A stretch of 56,474 nt of DNA from NCBI GenBank assembly GCA_002269645.1, contig NIVC01002929.1, positions 1 through 56,474 of the forward strand, given 5' to 3'. This DNA is from Macrostomum lignano (taxonomy: Eukaryota). Shown one piece after another: positions 34,101 to 45,744 of this stretch (within the stretch, counting starts at the first letter, position 1; each line of letters starts with the position of its first letter). The notes beneath the pieces were generated by a model. It was not told the DNA's origin and did not search any database. It saw only the letters and a program-made list of their open reading frames with translations. The translations under genes and the position numbers were made by a program.

Positions 34101-35846
34101 ACCCAACAGAACAGGAGGTTCGACTCTGTGCGATTCAAAGCTACGAGGGCCAGCCCTCAAGGCACAGATGAGTGTACATGCTTGCCCATTTAGAAAGTCA
34201 GGACCGCTGTACACCCTGTGTGAGCATGTGTGTGAGTGCGTCAGGGGTGGTTGTTGGAACAGTCGGAACTGTTAATAGTCGAAATCTCTGTAGCCATATG
34301 AAGTCCCCTTATCAGCTGTTAGAAACCAAGTTAAGCATTGCTCTCGGCCAATTCAAACCGAAGGTACGATCTGAGTCGCCTGCGCGTTCTCGGCTGTGTC
34401 GGGGAGCCGCTCAACCACGAGGCCTGGGAATGGTATCACAGGTGGGTTGGCGGCGGCCACCGCGACATCGCCGACACCTGGTGGCAGACCGAGACTGGCG
34501 GCGTGTGCATCGCCCCGCGGCCCTCGGCTGAAGGCGCGCCGATCCTCCCAGCTATGCCAATGCGCCCGTTCTATGGCCTGGAGCCCGTGCTCATGGACCC
34601 CGCCACAGGTGCCGAGGTGACAGAGTCACCAGCCGAGGGACATCTGTGCATGCGACGGCCCTGGCCCGGCATGGCCCGCTCCATCTGGGGTGATCATAAG
34701 TGAGAGTTCAGCTTGTACTTTGGGATATCTTTAAATATCCCAATGTCAGATTCTTCCCTAAATCCCGATCAGAATCCTGAATCCTCAAATATCCCAGTAT
34801 CAGATTCTTCCCTAAATCCCCAAATATCCCAGTGTCAGACTACTCCCTAAATCGCGATCCCCAAATATCCCATTGTTAGACTATTCTCCAAGTCCCCAAA
34901 TATCCCAGTGTCAGACTATTCCCTAAACCCACAAATATCCCAGTATCAGATTCTTCCCTAAATCCCCAAGTATCCCATTGTTAGACTATTCTCCAAGTCC
35001 CCAAATATCCCATTGTTAGACTATTCTCCAAGTCCCCAAATATCCCATTGTTAGACTATTCTCCAAGTCCCCAAATATCCCAGTGTCAGACTATTCCCTA
35101 AACCCACAAATATCCCAGTATCAGATTCTTCCCTAAATTCCCAAAAAGATTCTTCCCCAAATCCCCAAATATCCCAGTGTCCTATTATTCCTTAAATTCT
35201 CAAATATCCCAGTGTCAGATTCTTCCCCAAATCCCCAAATATGCCTGTATGAAATTCTTCCCTCAATCTCCAAATATCCCAGTGTCAGACTATTCCTGAA
35301 CTGCCAGCTCCCCGCACTTGCCACAGGCGATTCGCCGAGACCTACTACAGTCAATTCCCTGGCCTGTACTTCACCGGTGACGGCGCCAGCAGAGACGCGC
35401 AGGGCTTCCTGCACATCACCGGCCGAGTCGATGACGTCATCAACGTGACCGGACACCGGCTGGGCACGGCTGAAATCGAGGACGCCCTGGACAGCCACCC
35501 GGCTGTGAGCGAGACCGCCGTGATCGGCTACCCCCACAAGCTCAAAGGCGAGGCTGTGTACGCCTTCGTCATCCTGAAAGACGGCGTCTCAATTGACCGT
35601 CTGGGCGACCTTCGGCGCGAGCTGAAGCGTCGAGTCCGGGACCGCATCGCGGCCTACGCCGTGCCTGAGAAGCTGCTGTTCACCGACGGTCTGCCGAAAA
35701 CACGGAGCGGCAAAATTATGCGCCGCATATTGAAACGAATCGCTGCTGAAGACTATGACAGCATCGGGGACATCAGCACCTTGGCTGATCCGTCCGTGGT
35801 GGAGGCTCTGAAACAGCATCACGATTTGTACCAGCGGCACAAATGA
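28252..35846 (+). CDS. ACSS1: Acetyl-CoA synthetase, mitochondrial type, 670 aa, 7 exons
   Basis: Exons 28252-28528, 29925-30021, 30410-30609, 31579-31754, 33195-33601, 34364-34699, 35327-35846; total 2013 nt, phases consistent. Arg/Leu-rich presequence [19 protein letters not shown]; motifs [49 protein letters not shown]. The segment [24 protein letters not shown] is ACSS1-like. Confidence 0.95.
28602..28998. mobile_element. hAT (Charlie-like) non-autonomous element in ACSS1 intron 1
   Basis: TIRs CAGGGGTAGGCAA (28602) and TTGCCTACCCCTG (to 28998); subterminal GGCCCGCGGGCCG; 8-bp flanks GACTCGGG/CTCTAGGG match at 5 of 8 positions. Confidence 0.8.
30304..30385. repeat. (CTGA)n microsatellite
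   Basis: Direct reading; ACSS1 intron 2. Confidence 0.95.
30744..31166. repeat. (CTA)n microsatellite, about 140 units
   Basis: Explains the poly-Leu ORF 30656..31366; abuts the 3-prime end of the SINE at 31167. Confidence 0.97.
31167..31443 (-). mobile_element. tRNA-derived CORE-type SINE (family A), full length
   Basis: Minus strand: A box TAAGCCTAGTGG, B box GGTTCGATTTC, CORE-like CCTAGAGCAAGACACTTAAC..TTCAGTTCATCCAGCTGTAAAATGGG, and a tail GGACTGAACAGCCGTACGCAGCCTTCAGATGCG shared with the 46912 copy. Confidence 0.9.
31850..33180. repeat. 34-bp intronic minisatellite
   Basis: GTGACCCCCTTAATTACTGGCCTCCCTCTAGAAT, about 30 copies plus a degenerate tail running up to the acceptor at 33194. 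Confidence 0.95.
33770..34100. repeat. About 32-bp minisatellite (CTCAGGTGTGAC core)
   Basis: TCTCAGGTGTGACATCACACAATTAAAGTGTG units. Confidence 0.9.
34110..34225 (+). mobile_element. Dispersed repeat family B copy
   Basis: B-box-like GGTTCGACTC followed by GAGGGCCAGCCCTCAAGGCACAGA..TGTACATG..TAGAAAGTCAGGACCGCTGTACACCCTGTGTGAGC. Confidence 0.7.
34735..35295. repeat. About 35-bp degenerate minisatellite
   Basis: CCCCAAATATCCCAGTGTCAGACTATTCCCTAAAT-type units in ACSS1 intron 6. Confidence 0.9.
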
Positions 35847-36924
35847 ATTCAAGTTTCAATTTAGTGCGATAAAAAACTATAATTTAATAATTGCCTGTCT
35901 GCAGCACGGATACTAGAATAACTAGATGGGCCGCTCAGCACATTTGCGTGTAAGCTACTTTCAGTTCAGTAGTAATTTAAACTGAAGCATTTTAATGTAT
36001 TTTTTTAAGACGAGGCTCATTTTATTGGCTCTTACCCCTGCCCCGCCACCCAATTTTTATTACCTTCCTCGGTTGTTCCAGCCTAAAGCTTCCTTCCATG
36101 TACATTTCAGTGGCCAATGTACAATTATGGCTGAACCAATTAGCCAGTTATTTACGCCTGCAAGCTTGGGGCTTCTAAACTTATCAAAGTAATTTCAGCT
36201 GCCTTTATTTTTAAAAAAATTTTCTTCTTTGCTACTGAACTGAAAGTAGAAAGCTGTTTTACTAAGTACATGTGCATGAGTGGCCCATCTGGTTATTATC
36301 GTATCTGTAGTCTCGCATCATTGTATATATTATAGATGATTACTAATGCGCTGTTTTATCCGCATTGAAAATGCCTGATTCTTTTTTTATTAATTTTTAG
36401 AGTTTTGAGTTTTTAACTTTTATCTAAACCTTTATATTGTGATTCGAAACCATATTTTTTTCTAAAAACATTTTCCACGCGCAATACTGGCTACTAATAG
36501 TAGGTCAAATATTGCCCATGATTGATTTTTTAATAATATTATGTGCCTGAGTTTGTTAAATCTGACTCTTGAGTCTTCATTATCGATTTGTTTATTCAGG
36601 TAGCCGAAATGAGGATTATTGTTATTATTTTTACATCATTTTTGATTCATTAGCCAATTGATTCATGTGGTAGGCTTGCCTGCTGATTTCATTTTTTCTT
36701 GTATATTTTTAAGTACTATTTTTCCGGCTTGCCAGTCTAACAATAAGCCTATTGTGTCATCGAAATTGTTTCATAGTTGTGAGCATATTTTATAAATCAT
36801 ATTCTGTTAAATCATATTGTATTGGCTAGCAGCCGTATTTTTATTCGATATACAAGTTCTATATATAGTCAGGTATATTCTCTATATTAGAAATTACTTT
36901 TTTGACTTGCTGCTTCAATTGTAC

Positions 36925-37710
36925 AGGGTGTCTCAGTCTCAGGTGTGACCCAGCATAGCATATGGGTGTCTCAGGTGTGACCGAGCATAGCATATGGGTG
37001 TCTCAGGTGTGACCGAGCATAGCATATGGGTGTCTCAGGTGTGACCCAGCATAGCATATGGGTGTCTCAGGTGTGACCGAGCATAGCATATGGGTGTCTC
37101 AGGTGTGACCGAGCATAGCATATGGGTGTCTCAGGTGTGACCGAGCATAGCATATGGGTGTCTCAGGTGTGACCGAGCATAGCATATGAGTGTCTCAGGT
37201 GTGACCGAGCATAGCATATGGGTGTCTCAGGTGTGACCGAGCATAGCATATGGGTGTCTCAGGTGTGACCGAGCATAGCATATGAGTGTCTCAGGTGTGA
37301 CCGAGCATAGCATATGGGTGTCTCAGGTGTGACCGAGCATAGCATATGGGTGTCTCAGGTGTGACCGAGCATAGCATATGGGTGTCTCAGGTGTGACCGA
37401 GCATAGCATATGGGTGTCTCAGGTGTGACCGAGCATAGCATATGAGTGTCTCAGCTGTGACTCAGCATAGCATATGGGTGTCTCAGGTGTGACCGAGCAT
37501 AGCATATGAGTGTCTCAGCTGTGACTCAGCATAGCATATAGGTGTCTCAGGTGTGACTCAGCATAGCATATGGGTGTCTCAGGTGTGACCCAGCATAGCA
37601 TATAGGTGTCTCAGGTGTGACTCAGCGTAACATATGGGTGTCAGGCGTGACCCAGCATAGCATAAGTGTCTCAAGTGTGACCCAGCATAGCTTATGAGTG
37701 TCTCAAGTGA
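36925..37710. repeat. 32-bp minisatellite (CTCAGGTGTGAC core)
   Basis: TCTCAGGTGTGACCGAGCATAGCATATGGGTG, about 24 copies, directly upstream of the first CtIP exon. Confidence 0.95.
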
Positions 37711-37742
37711 CTCAGTTTTAAAAAAAATTCGGAACATTCCAG

Positions 37743-40700
37743 TTCTCATCATCAGGAGCTTCAGCGGGAGCGTCAGCCGCTGTCTCGGACCTGCTGTCCA
37801 GACGCATCCGGGAACTACAAGCTGGCGTGGTCAGCCTGTGCAATCAGACAGTCAACTTGTTAAGCCAAGACTTGACGGACCTTGCCCAGCAGATTGACAG
37901 TTTGACAGCTGAAAATCGGCGCTTAAAATTCGCGTTGGAGAGCCAGTCTGGCGCCAATGTGCCGCAGCCTCCGCCTCCGCCATCATTGTTAGCAACAAAA
38001 AAATGGTCCAGCGAAGTACTACCCCGTCCGCCAAGGTGTCCCCCGCCAAGCAGAGACTGTCTGATTCACCCAAAAAGACGGCATCGAATAGCAATAAGAG
38101 AAAGCTGACTCTGGTTCTGGACCAGCAGCAGCAGTCTCCCAACAAGTAAGTGGCGCATTTAGTAGCTTTCATTTGGTCTTGTCTGAGATGGTGTATTTTT
38201 GAGCCTGCAAACGGGAGAGGGTGTTCGACCATAGACAGGAGAGGGTGTGAGGCTATAGGAGGGTGTTAGGCCATAGACAGAAGAGGGTGTGAGGCCATAG
38301 ACATAGTGAGGCGTGAGCCCATATACAGAAAAGGGTGTGAGCCCATATACAGAAGAGGGTGTGAGGCCATAGACATAGTGGGGCGTGAGGCCATAGACAT
38401 AGTGGGGCGTGAGGCCATAGACATAGTGGGGCGTGAGGCCATAGACATAGTGGGGCGTGAGGCCATAAATATAGTGGGGCGTGAGGCTATTGACAGAAGA
38501 GGGTGTGAGGCCATAGACAAGAGGGTGTGAGGCCATAGGCATAGTGTGGCGTGAGGCCATAGACAGTGGGGTGTGAGGCTATAGACATAGTGGGGCGTGA
38601 GGCCATAGACAGAAGAGGGTGTGAGCCCATATACAGAAGAGGGTGTGAGCCCATATACAGAAGAGGGTGTGAGCCCATATACAGAAGAGGGTGTGAGCCC
38701 ATATACAGAAGAGGGTGTGAACCCATATACAGAAGAGGGTGTGAGCCCATATATAGAAGAGGGTGTGAGCCCATATATAGAAGAGGGTGAGAGCCCATGT
38801 ATAGAAGAGGGTGTGAGCCCATATACAGAAGAGGGTGTGAGCCCATATACAGAAGAGGGTGTGAGCCCATATACAGAAGAGGGTGTGAGCCCATATACAG
38901 AAGAGGGTGTGAGCCCATATACAGAAGAGGGTGTGAGCCCATGTATAGAAGAGGGTGTGAGCCCATGTATAGAAGAGGGTGTGAGGCCATGTATAGAAGA
39001 GGGTGTGAGCCCATATACAGAAGAGGGTGTGAGCCCATGTATAGAAGAGGGTGTGAGCCCATATACAGAAGAGGGTGTGAGCCCATATACAGAAGAGGGT
39101 GTGAGCCCATGTATAGAAGAGGGTGTGAGCCCATGTATAGAAGAGGGTGTGAGGCCATGTATAGAAGAGGGTGTGAGGCCATAGACAGGTGAGGTTGCGA
39201 GTCCATAAGACAGCAGAGGACAATACTGACACCTAAATTCTGTATCCAGGCACCTAACCGGATCACGAGCGCCGCATCAGCAGCAGCCGCATCAGCAGCA
39301 GCCGCATCAGCAGCAGCCGCATCAGCACAATAACCCATCGGATACCAGCAACCTGAGCTCCAAGCGCTACCGTCAGACCACCCTACTGCAGACTGACGCT
39401 AAGCGCAAAATTAATCTGTCAACTATTGGCGCAAATTCAACAGCTGCAGGTGTTACTAGCACTAAAAATACTACTAATACTACAACTAGCTGCAGCAGTA
39501 GTATAGTAAAGAAGCCGGCTGCAGTGCCAGCAGACAACTGGCTCCTGCCGGACAGTCAGTTCAGTACAAACGAGAGCGTCTCCCTGTTGCGAGCCGCCGG
39601 CCTCGGAGCTCCAGCTGCCGCTTCAACAGCCGCTCCGGTCAGCTCTGAACAGCCGCAATGCGATACTGAAGAAGGAGAAGAGACAGTTATACCACTGCAC
39701 AAGCCCTTGGGCCTGGAGGATAATTTTTTGACTGTAAGTCGACTTTTGTTTAGCTAGCAACCCGTACTAACCGTGCCAAATCCTGCTTAACTTTCAGTAG
39801 CTAGTGGTATATGTTGTAGGTCTCTTGAAAAAGTACGCCGGTTCGATTCCCTATACTGAGGGAGTGTTCACACAGTAAAACTGGCCAATGCCTTGCTGTA
39901 CATGCCTGACTATTAGAAAGTCTAGGTCCGCTGTACACCCTGTGTGAGCGTCTGCCTGCTTGAAGAGGTCAGCGAGCCTGTTAGCTGCATTAGCAACCGA
40001 TATGTATCGTAGTATGTAATAGCAGCCGATATGTATCGTAGTAAATGTAATAGCAGCCGATATGTATCGTAGTGCATGTAATAGCAGCCGATATGTATCG
40101 TAGTACATGTAATAGCAGCCGATATGTATCGTAGTGCATGTAATAGCAGCCGATATGTATCGTAGTACATGTAATAGCAGCCGATATGTATCGTAGTGCA
40201 TGTAATAGTAGCCGATATGTATCGTAGTAAATGTAATAGCAGCCGATATGTATCGTAGTGCATGTAATAGCAGCCGATATGTATCGTAGTACATGTAATA
40301 GCAGCCGATATGTATCGTAGTGCATGTAATAGTAGCCGATATGCATCGTAGTACATGTAATAGCAGCCGATATGTATCATAGTGCATGTAATAGCAGCCG
40401 ATATGTATAGTAGTACGTGTAAAATAAAAATAATGAGAATACACAATCCCACCTGTTTACGACTATCATCGGTCCCGCCCTACCACCGCCCCATATAGAC
40501 GCGGCCAGAACCAGCCGCAGCCGCTGTCGCCCTGGAGCCTGACAATTCGGTGGACGACGAAGGCAGCGAGACTTTAAAAATTGCCCGGCCCGCTCCTTCG
40601 GCAGCGGCAGCAAAGGAAGAAGACAATGCCAGGGAGACTGAAGAGTCCCCGGTGTTCAATCGCAGCGACCATCTGCTGCACGGCACCACCCCGACGCCGC

Positions 40701-41074
40701 CTCCGCCTCCGCCTGCTCAGCATCGAAAGTACACCCTGGCCGATTATAACAAACTGCCGGAGCCGCCAAAGCCCAGCTATCGAGAGGCCTGCGTTGTTCG
40801 GCGTCGCGACGATCGAATGGCGTTGGACGCGCACTGCTGCCCAGACTGCGAGGCCTGGTTCGCCGACCTGTCGCCGGAGTCTCGCCGTCAGCGCCTGCGC
40901 CAGTGCGGCCGGCATCGCGACAATCAGCGGCCGCCAGTTCAGGCGCCGAATTTTTTTGCAATAGAAATGCCGCCAACCCCGGAGCCGGCGCCGACGCAGT
41001 GCATGAAGTTTGGCAAACGGCGGCACCGCCCGCTGAGGATGCTTGCGAAAGAGCACAAAGAGAAGCGGAAATAA
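37743..41074 (+). CDS. RBBP8: CtIP/Sae2/Ctp1 DNA end-resection factor, about 488 aa, 3 exons, one apparent frameshift, start codon not found
   Basis: Exons 37743-38145 (frame change at A7 run 37997-38003), 39250-39733 and 40499-41074. N-terminal coiled coil DLLSRRIRELQ..LAQQIDSLTAENRRLKFALE. C-terminal Sae2-like domain VVRRRDDRMALDAHCCPDCEAWFADL..CGRHR..PP..NFF with CxxC and RHR motifs. Confidence 0.88.
38215..39190. repeat. 24-bp G-rich intronic minisatellite
   Basis: AGAAGAGGGTGTGAGCCCATATAC and GAGGCCATAGACATAGTGGGGCGT subtypes. Confidence 0.95.
39797..39960 (+). mobile_element. Dispersed repeat family B copy with a Pol III-like head (probable SINE)
   Basis: GTAGCTAGTGG (A-box-like) and GGTTCGATTCC (B box), then TGTACATGCCTGACTATTAGAAAGTCTAGGTCCGCTGTACACCCTGTGTGAGC. 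Confidence 0.7.
39995..40415. repeat. 31-bp intronic minisatellite
   Basis: GTAATAGCAGCCGATATGTATCGTAGT(A/G)CAT, about 13 copies. Confidence 0.95.
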
Positions 41075-41554
41075 TCCCCCAGCCAAGACTTTCTTTCATT
41101 TATCCGATAGCGAAACTCGCTACTTGTCTACTGTCAGTAGCTCAGTACGCATTTTTTATTTAGAAATTTTATTTTTACTTTTCTTTCTAATCTTTGCGCT
41201 AAAATTCTTATCTCACCTACTATCAGTAGTTGAGTTTGGAAAGCGTTGATTTGAATTCAATTCTTTGGCTTGCATTTTCCCTATTTTGTATATGCTGCTC
41301 TGGTGCTAACACGAGCGAATTAGCTCTCAGTCAGCCATGGCATCTGTGCATTAATACTTTAAATTAATATAATTAGAAAGGTAAAAGCTAAATTTTCCAA
41401 TTTTTATCATATTTATTGGCTTAAAACAGTGCATATTCACCGTGTTACCTTATGATATGACTTCTTTACTTTTAATGATCAGCAATTATAGCAGCTGAAA
41501 TTATAATTCAGATGAGGGATGCCATCATGCAATTGTCAGATTTGACGTGTCAGA

Positions 41555-43991
41555 TCACGTGACCTGGGCGAATCGGCCCCTCGGCTCGTTAAACAATCGG
41601 CGAATGAAGTGAGTAGTGACTCCCACTGAGAGCAGCTGCAGGCACAGGCCTGTCCAGACCCTCCACTGGATTGACCAGTTTGTGGTCTCCAGGGCTGAGG
41701 TGTCCTTGTAGATCTCCGAGTGGGCTCGCACGTAAGACAGCACTTTGGTGACCCGCCACTCCAGCTCGCCTACGGAGGCCTGTTGGGGCGGTAATGTGGA
41801 AATACCTGTGTACCTGGCTTATCTCTGTCCAATGGTGTCTCTCATTCTGCTGTGAGTGACTGGTGCTGGCACTACTGGTGCTAAAGCCCCGGCGCCCCTG
41901 GTGCTGGCACTACTGGTGCTAAAGCCCCGGCGCCCCTGGTGCTGGCACTACTGGTGCTAAAGCCCCGGCGCCCCTGGTGCTGGCGCCTCTGGTGCTGGCG
42001 CCTCTGGTGCTGGCGCCTCTGGTGCTGGCGCCTCTGGTGCTGGCGCCTCTGGTGCTGGCGCCTCTGGTGCTGGCGCCTCTGGTGCTGGCGCCTCTGGTGC
42101 TGGCGCCTCTGGTGCTGGCGCCTCTGGTGCTGGCGCCTCTGGTGCTGGCGCCTCTGGTGCTGGCGCCTCTGGTGCTGGCGCCTCTGGTGCTGGCGCCTCT
42201 GGTGCTGGCGCCTCTGGTGCTGGCGCCTCTGGTGCTGGCGCCTCTGGTGCTGGCGCCTCTGGTGCTGGCGCCTCTGGTGCTGGCGCCTCTGGTGCTGGCG
42301 CCTCTGGTGCTGGCGCCTCTGGTGCTGGCGCCTCTGGTGCTGGCGCCTCTGGTGCTGGCGCCTCTGGTGCCTCTCAAATACACTGGCGCCTCTCAAATAC
42401 ACTGGCGCCTCTCAAGTAAACTGGCGCCTCACAATATAAACTGGCGCCTCTCAAGTAAACTGGCGCCTCACAATATAAACTGGCGCCCTTTCAAATGAAA
42501 TTCCTTGCCTCCAATCCCGTGACTCACCGTGGCATAGTTGGAAAAGTTGTGCAACTTCTCAAAGTGCTGCTCGCCGCTGGCCATCTCGGGAGGAATAAAG
42601 CGGTAGGAACTGTAGGCCAGCATCTTGCGCTGGCCCCGGTTTATGATGCAGGTCTCGAATGTGTCTGGGCAATTATGAAATTTAATACAAAGTGGATTTC
42701 AATCTAATAGGGTGCTGTAATTATGATTATTACTCGTACAATTACGTAGAAGGTTAATGGCATCTTACTGGTGTCGTTGACAATCAGTTGGTGCCGGAAT
42801 TGGCTCACTTGGAACTCGGAGACCACCAGATTGTTCTGCCCGTCGCCAACTATGACGTCAAATTTGTCGTCCTGATAGAATTGCACCGTCTGTTTTGTGG
42901 GTGTGGGGAGTGGGGAGTGATCAGGTGAGATTGAGGAGAGTGATCAGATGAGAGTGAGGGAGAGTGATCAGGTGAGAGTGAGGGAGAGTGATCAGGTGAG
43001 AGTGAGGGAGAGTGATCAGGTGAGAGTGAGGGAGAGTGATCAGGTGAGAGTGAGGGAGAGTGATCAGGTGAGATTGAGGAGAGTGATCAGATAAGAGTGA
43101 GGGAGAGTGATCAGGTGAGAGAGAGAGGGAGAGTGATCAGGTGAGAGTGAGGAGAGTGATCAGATAAGAGTGAGGGAGAGTGATCAGGTGAGAGAGAGGG
43201 AGAGTGATCAGGTGAGAGTGAGGGAGAGTTATCAGGTGAGAGTGAGGGAGAGTGATCAGGTGAGAGTGAGGGAGAGTGATCAGGTGAGAGTGAGGGAGAG
43301 TGATCAGGTGAGAGAGAGGGAGAATGATCAGGTGAGAGTGAGCGAGAGAGTGATCCGGTTAGAGTGAGGGAGAGTGATCAGAGGAGAGTGGAAGAGTGAT
43401 CAGGGAAAAGTGGGAGAGTGATCAGGGAAAAGTGGGAGAGTGATCAGAGGAGAGTGGGAGAGTGATCAGGGAAAAGTGGGAGAGTGATCAGAGGAGAGTG
43501 GGAGAGTGATCAGGTGAGAGTGCGGAGAGTGATCACTTTGGAGAGAAGCATTGAAAGTTATCAGGTGGTTGAGAGAGTGACAGTCTTGGCCAGAATAAGT
43601 TTAAAAATAATGATGAAGATGTGGTGTAGAGGCTGGACAGAGCAAATCACTGGCAGACCAAGGAGTGGGCAGTCAGGCTCACCTGAACATCCTGAATGTA
43701 GAAGTGACCGGCCAGCAGCACTGCGTAGAAGCACTGGCTGCCGTCTTTATCCAGCTCGATTCGGCCATTGAACGATTTCATTGCCATGACAACCGACTGC
43801 AGCGGGTCCATAGCGCCCAGGTAGGTTGTCTCTAGCCTGTCCGTCTGCACGGACACGTCCGGATTGCCCGGCCGGTCTGTCCGAGGAATCACGTGAACGC
43901 CCGGCAGTTCCGGCCGCTTTTTTAATTTCGGTTCTTCGGCAACTGCGATGCTGCAAGCTGCTACTACTATGAGTAGCTTGCAGGTTAGCAT
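41555..43991 (-). CDS. TMED: p24/TMED-family GOLD-domain type I membrane protein A, 263 aa, 4 exons
   Basis: Exons (-): 43991-43683, 42889-42769, 42664-42528, 41779-41555; total 792 nt. Signal peptide, GOLD cysteines in SQCFYAVL and FETCIIN, coiled coil, ETTN motif, TM segment and short RRLF tail. Confidence 0.8.
41865..42490. repeat. 15-bp minisatellite GGTGCTGGCGCCTCT with derived flanks
   Basis: About 27 perfect copies in TMED-A intron 3; explains ORFs 41881-42498. Confidence 0.97.
42910..43530. repeat. 24-bp purine-rich minisatellite
   Basis: GAGAGTGAGGGAGAGTGATCAGGT in TMED-A intron 1. Confidence 0.95.
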
Positions 43992-44759
43992 TGTGCTCCT
44001 GTGCCGAATTGCAATTGTAAATTAAATGGTGCTTATAGTAGCCTATTATAAAGATGCTGATTCCTTGTGAGTCTGGTAAACTATCCCGCTCATGCCAGAG
44101 CAATGACAGACGAAATGAATTAATTTGCTAGCTCGTGACAGCAGGTCAATATCTTGAAGCTCTCTATAATGCCCTGCTCAAACTTAAAGGAAATTGTATA
44201 TGCATGTGTGTTGCGTGCATGGGTGTGTGTAATTTCCTGTTGAATGGCAGAACAGTAGCTCTTGGTCCCAGTGAGACAGAGAGATCGTGCGCTCGCTCGC
44301 TCTGAACTGCTCAAAGTCATTCCCGGATCGTATTTAATAAAACTTCGTTTTCATAGAATGCACTTAGCAATTACTCAGCCTTGGCGAGCCGGTGTAGAAT
44401 TGAAATGGAAATGACAATGGCGGGGGGGAGGGTTAGGTTTGGATTGGTCAAAGTTTTTCAGTATTTTTCCACTGAGCAGGACGGGACGGAAGGAAGGAAG
44501 GGGCATCCGGTGCCCGGTATTTGCACAGCCGTTCATTGAGTTGGGGAATTTCTCCAATATGTGCTTGAATTTGTCCAGGTGCTTTGATTAGATTCTCTAT
44601 GAATTTTTTATTTAATTATCTGTAAATTACTTTGCTTTGCAATGCAACAAGTAAGTTTCTCAATGAACTTCGTTTTGTCAAGCTTTGTTTATCCGCAGTG
44701 CAGCGTCAGGGATCGAGCTCCGGATCTTCTGGTCAACAGGAGAAAAAATATGCATTTAC

Positions 44760-45330
44760 AGATCCTAAACTTCACACACCCTAAAATTCACAGACCATAA
44801 ACTTCACAGACCATAAACATCACAGACTATAAACTTTCCGTTTCACAGTTTCACCGTTTCACCGTTTCACAGATCCTAAACTTCACAGACCATAAACTTC
44901 ACAGACCCTAAAATTCACAGAACCTAAACTTCACAGACCATAAATTTCACAAACCCTAAACTTCACAGACCATAAACTTCACAAACCCTAAACTTCACAA
45001 ACCCTAAACTTCACAGACCAAAAAACTTCACAGACCCTAAACTTCACAAACCCTAAACTTCACAGACCAAAAAACTTCACAGACCCTAAACTTCACAGAC
45101 CCTAAACTTCACAGACCCTAAACTTCACAAACCCTAAATTTCACAGACCCTAAACTTCACAGACCCTAAACATCACAGACCCTAAACTTCACAGACCCTA
45201 AACTACACAGACCCTAAACTACACAGACCCTAAACATCACAGACCCTAAACTTCACAGACCCTAAACATCACAGACCCTAAACTCCACAGACCCTAAACT
45301 TCACAGACCCTAAACTTCACACACCCTAAA
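44760..45330. repeat. 16-bp minisatellite containing CCCTAA
   Basis: CACAGACCCTAAACTT units. Confidence 0.95.
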
Positions 45331-45744
45331 TTTTGCAAAGGTTAAACTTCAGTCACTGACCTGCTTATACTTCAGACACTGACCTGCTTTACTTTGAGGT
45401 TCAGTGGTTTAATACTTCAGTACAATGATTTAAAAAATTAAAACGCAAACGAGTAAAACAATGCAAATTTTCTAACAATCTTTCAATTGATATTTTGAAT
45501 TGTTAGACTGTTTCAGCACAATATTTATTATTTTATCTTTCCGTTGTAAAGCTACAGTTTAATTAGAGAAAGCCAGCTCCACTTGAGGACTGAAAAAGCA
45601 TCAAAGTTAGAAGCCCAGATAGAGAACAGATATTTGTTAAGCAGAATGCAAAGACACACTAAGACTCTCATGCTAGCTGTCCAGCTTGAATAAGTGCGCG
45701 CGGTCAGTATTGCAGACTCATTGATGATGCATTGAGTTTTTAGC

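Noticed and set aside
37694-37742. ATG at 37694 as the CtIP start via an extra A in the A8 run at 37720-37727
   Set aside because: The ATG is part of the last satellite unit and would need a second, opposite-sign error. Possible but less parsimonious than splicing at 37742.
39897-39940. Hammerhead ribozyme reading of family B (CTGANGA..GAAA)
   Set aside because: No room for stem II, G follows GAAA without a matching C-U-H triplet, and CTGAC is sequestered by GTCAG. Kept only as a structured element.
38159-40452. Many repetitive ORFs (SPYTEEGV, CTTIHIGCYY etc.)
   Set aside because: Translations of 24-bp and 31-bp intronic arrays within CtIP.
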